In this document: in pieces, positions 24,969 through 28,316 of the stretch | How the letters are laid out: the number at the start of each line of letters is the position of its first letter | Numbering within the stretch: the first letter of the stretch is position 1 | Source: Planctomycetota bacterium | GTDB lineage: Bacteria; Planctomycetota; B15-G4; JADJEK01 | NCBI GenBank assembly: GCA_044225365.1 | Contig: JBGAIQ010000066.1 | Location: 1-28,316, forward strand | Length of the DNA stretch: 28,316 nucleotides | Direction of reading: 5' to 3' | The notes under the pieces: generated by a model | What the model was told of the DNA's origin: nothing | Seen by the model: only the letters and a program-made list of their open reading frames with translations | The model's database searches: none | Position numbers and translations under genes: made by a program

Positions 24969-26315
24969 ATGCGACCGACGTACCCGACGATCTTGCTGCT
25001 CCTCGCAGCCACCCTGCCGCGCACCGCGGCGGCCAACACCATCATCGTGTCCAAGGCCGGCACGACGACGACGATCCAAGCCGGAGTGAACCAGGCCAAC
25101 CCGGGCGACACGGTCCTCGTGGAGGCCGGCGTATACCGTGAGAACGTGATCATCTCGGCCAATCGGGTTGGTCTTCAACTCATTGCGAACGGGAACGTGA
25201 CGGTCGACGCGCGAGGGGATGGAGGAGTCGGCAAGGGCGTCGGCATCGTCGCCGCGGCGAAGGACGTGGTCGTCAGGGGCTTCATCGTCGAGAACGCGCT
25301 GGAATCGGTTCAAGCCGCCGCCAATGGTCACGGTTTTCTCGCGTCCGCCGATGGGGTGACGATCGAGAGTTGCGCCGCATTCGGATGCGCGACGAGTGGG
25401 TTTCGAGCGTTCACCAAGAGCGGGATTCGATTCAAGGACTGCAAGGCCTACGCCAGCACTCACGGCTTCCTCGTCGACCACTGCCAGGACCTCGTTCTCG
25501 ATCATTGTGAGGTAAATGGATCGTCGTCGACGGGAGCGGAGTTCGCGGATTGCTCTTTCGTGACGATCAAGAAGAGTTCGTTCCTCGGGAACGATCGCGA
25601 CGCGATCGAGTGCGTCGATGGCTCGAACGCTCAATTCGTCGTGAAGCAATGCACGTTCGAGAACTGCGACGAAACGGCGATCCTCTTCATCGGCGCGTCG
25701 ATCGAGATCAAGTCCTGCACGATCTCGAACTCGGCGTTCGGCGTCTTTGCGAGGGGATCCGATATCGTCGTTCGGGACACCAAGTTCGAGCAACTACGCG
25801 CTCAGGGCAGCGCGATCGAAGTCGACGTCGTCGTCGGGGCGACTCTCGCGAACAACGTGATCGACGACGTGACCGGAACAGCGGTCCGAGTCGCGAACAG
25901 TTCGAGTGTCGAAATCGTCGGGAACACGATCACCCATTCGTCGTGCTCCGGAGAGCCCGTGGTCCTGATCGAGAGCGATGCGACGAGCGTCGTCGTCGAC
26001 GCGAACGTCATCACGGACTGTGCCGGCACCGGGATCGAGGATCGGTCGGATGGGGGATCGATCACGGAGAATCATGTCTCCCGCTGCATCGGTGACGGCA
26101 TCGCCATGACGAGCACCGCTTCTCTCACGCTCGTCGACCAGAACACCGTCGATCGCTGCGGTGGCGAAGGGCTCGACCAGCGCGGCGCGAACGTCGTCGT
26201 CACCCACAACAGCTTCAAGAAGTGCCACATCGACCTCACCAATTCGGGAAGCGGCACCTTCTCGAACAACAAGTTCAAGACCGGCGGTACGACCACCGCG
26301 CCGGACTCCAACTGA
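24969..26315 (+). CDS. Secreted right-handed parallel beta-helix (pectin-lyase-like) protein, paralog 1
   Basis: Signal peptide, TIQAGVNQANPGDTVLVEAGVYREN cap, repeated I..N.I/C beta-helix rungs. GGAGG before ATG 24969. Confidence 0.88.
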   Translation: MRPTYPTILLLLAATLPRTAAANTIIVSKAGTTTTIQAGVNQANPGDTVLVEAGVYRENVIISANRVGLQLIANGNVTVDARGDGGVGKGVGIVAAAKDVVVRGFIVENALESVQAAANGHGFLASADGVTIESCAAFGCATSGFRAFTKSGIRFKDCKAYASTHGFLVDHCQDLVLDHCEVNGSSSTGAEFADCSFVTIKKSSFLGNDRDAIECVDGSNAQFVVKQCTFENCDETAILFIGASIEIKSCTISNSAFGVFARGSDIVVRDTKFEQLRAQGSAIEVDVVVGATLANNVIDDVTGTAVRVANSSSVEIVGNTITHSSCSGEPVVLIESDATSVVVDANVITDCAGTGIEDRSDGGSITENHVSRCIGDGIAMTSTASLTLVDQNTVDRCGGEGLDQRGANVVVTHNSFKKCHIDLTNSGSGTFSNNKFKTGGTTTAPDSN

Positions 26316-26332
26316 GATCAGGAGCGACGATC

Positions 26333-27679
26333 ATGCGAACTCGAATCGACGCACTCGTTCTATCCACCGTCGCTCTCGCTTTGGGACCGAGCGCGCGAGG
26401 TGCCACCATCGAGGTCTCCCCGACGGGAATCCATCCGACGATCCAATCGGGAATCGACGCCGCTGCGGCAGGCGATGTCGTCCTTGTGAAAGCGGGCACG
26501 TACTTCGAGAATCCGCGGATCCCGGCGGGAAAGAACGGCCTGCGAGTGAGTGGGAGCGGAAAGGTGATCGTCGATGCGAACCCTCTGGGGGCCGGTGCGG
26601 GAGGCGATGGAATCGTCGTCGCGTCGAACTCCGTCACGCTCGATGGATTCGCGATCCGGAACGCTTCGTTCAAGGATGCGCAGTCGCAAGGCAATGGTGT
26701 CGAGGTCACCGGAGCGGACTTCATCGCGCGGAAACTCACGATTGCGGGCTGCACCTCGTCCGGGATCCACGTCGTGGGAACGGATCACGCGATCATCGAT
26801 CACTGCACGATTGAGGCGTGCGACGCGGCGATCTTCCTCGAGGATGGCGACGTCGCGACGATCGTGCACTGCACGTTTGCCGAACTCGTGAACGATGGCG
26901 TCGACATTCAGCAGTACTCCCACGTCGACATCGGAGATTCGACGTTCACCGCGATCGCCGGCGGCGAGGGCGTGCGGACGTTCGTCGCTCAACAGTCGAA
27001 CGTCTCCGTCCACGACTGTTCGTTCTCGACGATCGGAATCGGCGCCATCAGCATCCAGGCCACGACCGTCGAGATCGAGAACAACACGATCACGAACTCC
27101 GGATTCGCCCTGGAACTGTCGGGGTCGGGGATCCTGGCACGGGGCAATCACATCTTCGATGTGATCGAGAACGCTGCGATCTCCGCGGGCGGCGCTACCA
27201 ACGGAACGATCGAGGAGAACGTCATCGAGCGGTGCAGCGAGGACGGGATCTTCCTGACTTCGAACTGCAGTGGATTCATCATTCGCAACAACACGCTGAA
27301 GGACCAACTCGCGATCAAGAACGCGGGCATTCGCGTCGACGGCAGTCTCACGACGATCGAAGGCAACAAGCTCGACCGGATCGCGGGGGATGGGGTCGCG
27401 GTCCTCGGATCGAGCGTCACCGTGAAGGACAACGTCATCAAGAACTGCATTCGCGACGGCATCGACGTGAGGAATGGTGCATCCCTCACTTCGATCACGG
27501 GCAACAAGATCTCGAAGTGTCGCGCCGAGGGTCTCGATCACTCGGGCTCGGCGAGTACAGTTACTTCGAACCAGATCACGGGCTGTCGGATCGACGTCGC
27601 GAACAACGGCTCATTTCAGACCTTCACACTCAACACGTTCGTTACGGGCGGAACCTCGACAGCGCCTGAGATCGATTGA
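26333..27679 (+). CDS. Secreted right-handed parallel beta-helix protein, paralog 2
   Basis: Signal peptide, TIQSGIDAAAAGDVVLVKAGTYFEN cap, I.NN.I rungs. AGGAG before ATG 26333. Confidence 0.88.
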   Translation: MRTRIDALVLSTVALALGPSARGATIEVSPTGIHPTIQSGIDAAAAGDVVLVKAGTYFENPRIPAGKNGLRVSGSGKVIVDANPLGAGAGGDGIVVASNSVTLDGFAIRNASFKDAQSQGNGVEVTGADFIARKLTIAGCTSSGIHVVGTDHAIIDHCTIEACDAAIFLEDGDVATIVHCTFAELVNDGVDIQQYSHVDIGDSTFTAIAGGEGVRTFVAQQSNVSVHDCSFSTIGIGAISIQATTVEIENNTITNSGFALELSGSGILARGNHIFDVIENAAISAGGATNGTIEENVIERCSEDGIFLTSNCSGFIIRNNTLKDQLAIKNAGIRVDGSLTTIEGNKLDRIAGDGVAVLGSSVTVKDNVIKNCIRDGIDVRNGASLTSITGNKISKCRAEGLDHSGSASTVTSNQITGCRIDVANNGSFQTFTLNTFVTGGTSTAPEID

Positions 27680-27847
27680 GCCTGAGCGCGATCCGTGAGG
27701 GAGAATCGCGCGCCGCGCGTGCGAGTTCGATCGACGAGGCGTGACGCGAATGGTCGAATCGGAGTCGGTGATCATGGGATGTTCGCGGTAGCGTTTGGAG
27801 CAACGGGTCGTATCGAAAGAAAAGATGCCGGGCTGGAGCCCGGCGGT

Positions 27848-27912
27848 CCGGCAGTCCGGCCCGGCAGTCCGGCCCGGCGGTTCGGCCCGGCGGTTTGGCC
27901 CGGCGGTTCGAT
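27848..27912. repeat. 13-bp tandem repeat x5 (CCGGCRGTYYGGC)
   Basis: ccggcagtccggc ccggcagtccggc ccggcggttcggc ccggcggtttggc ccggcggttcgat, plus a partial unit at 27840-27847. Confidence 0.85.
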
Positions 27913-27923
27913 TGGAGCCAAGG

Positions 27924-28316
27924 GTGAGGCGCACGCTGATCCTCCACGCCAAAGCGCCCCTCGTCGGCGGGTCGAAGTCTCGACTCGTGGCTCCCGAGAT
28001 CGGGCTCGATGCGGAGGCCGTCGCGTCGCTGAGCGCGGCGTTCTTGCAGGACACGCTTGCCGCCTGCCGGCGCGTCGCGGCCGACGAACTCGTCATGCAT
28101 TTCACGCCGCCCGAGTCCGCGTCGTACTTCCGTGAGATCGCGGCGGACGGCCGCCTCGAGCAACAGGTCGAGGGGGACTTCGGGGAACGATTGCGAGCGG
28201 TGTTCGCCAACGTGTTCTCGAAGGGCCCGGGAGCTGCGGTCGTGGTGGGGATGGACACGCCGCATCTTCCATCGGAGACGATCGCCGCGGCGTTTCGCCA
28301 CCTCGAGGTCCACGAC
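27924..28316 (+). CDS. DUF2064/TIGR04282-like GT-A/CofC-fold protein, 3'-truncated by the window edge
   Basis: Not in the ORF track. Manual translation: MRRTLILHAKAPLVGGSKSRL...AFLQDTL...QVEGDFGERL...VVVGMDTPHL...AFRHLEVHD, matching AK.P..G..K.RL, Q..GD.G.R and G.D.P.L. GGAG 6 nt before GTG. Confidence 0.85.
   Translation, partial: MRRTLILHAKAPLVGGSKSRLVAPEIGLDAEAVASLSAAFLQDTLAACRRVAADELVMHFTPPESASYFREIAADGRLEQQVEGDFGERLRAVFANVFSKGPGAAVVVGMDTPHLPSETIAAAFRHLEVHD

Overview
High-GC (about 65-70%) bacterial chromosomal window, possibly from an uncultured Planctomycetota lineage (inferred only from the C-terminal domain of the beta-propeller proteins). Left to right: a REP/REPIN-like tandem repeat at the left edge; a membrane trio (degenerate metallophosphoesterase, DSP/PTP-like phosphatase, ArnT/PMT-type glycosyltransferase); two tandem secreted SBBP-type beta-propeller paralogs, the first broken by one in-frame TAA and both sharing a 92%-identical 3' end; a BNR/Asp-box glycosidase-SGNH esterase fusion; a translationally coupled operon with three amidohydrolase domains (only one with intact metal ligands) plus an orphan eboE; a GT4 glycosyltransferase; a lipA-E1alpha-E1beta-E2-E1alpha' 2-oxoacid dehydrogenase operon with two alpha subunits and no E3; two equal-length secreted beta-helix paralogs; a 13-bp tandem repeat; and the 5' part of a DUF2064/TIGR04282-like gene that the ORF track misses. 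No tRNA, rRNA, CRISPR array, transposase or integrase was seen. All family calls come from motif recognition by eye; no database search was run.
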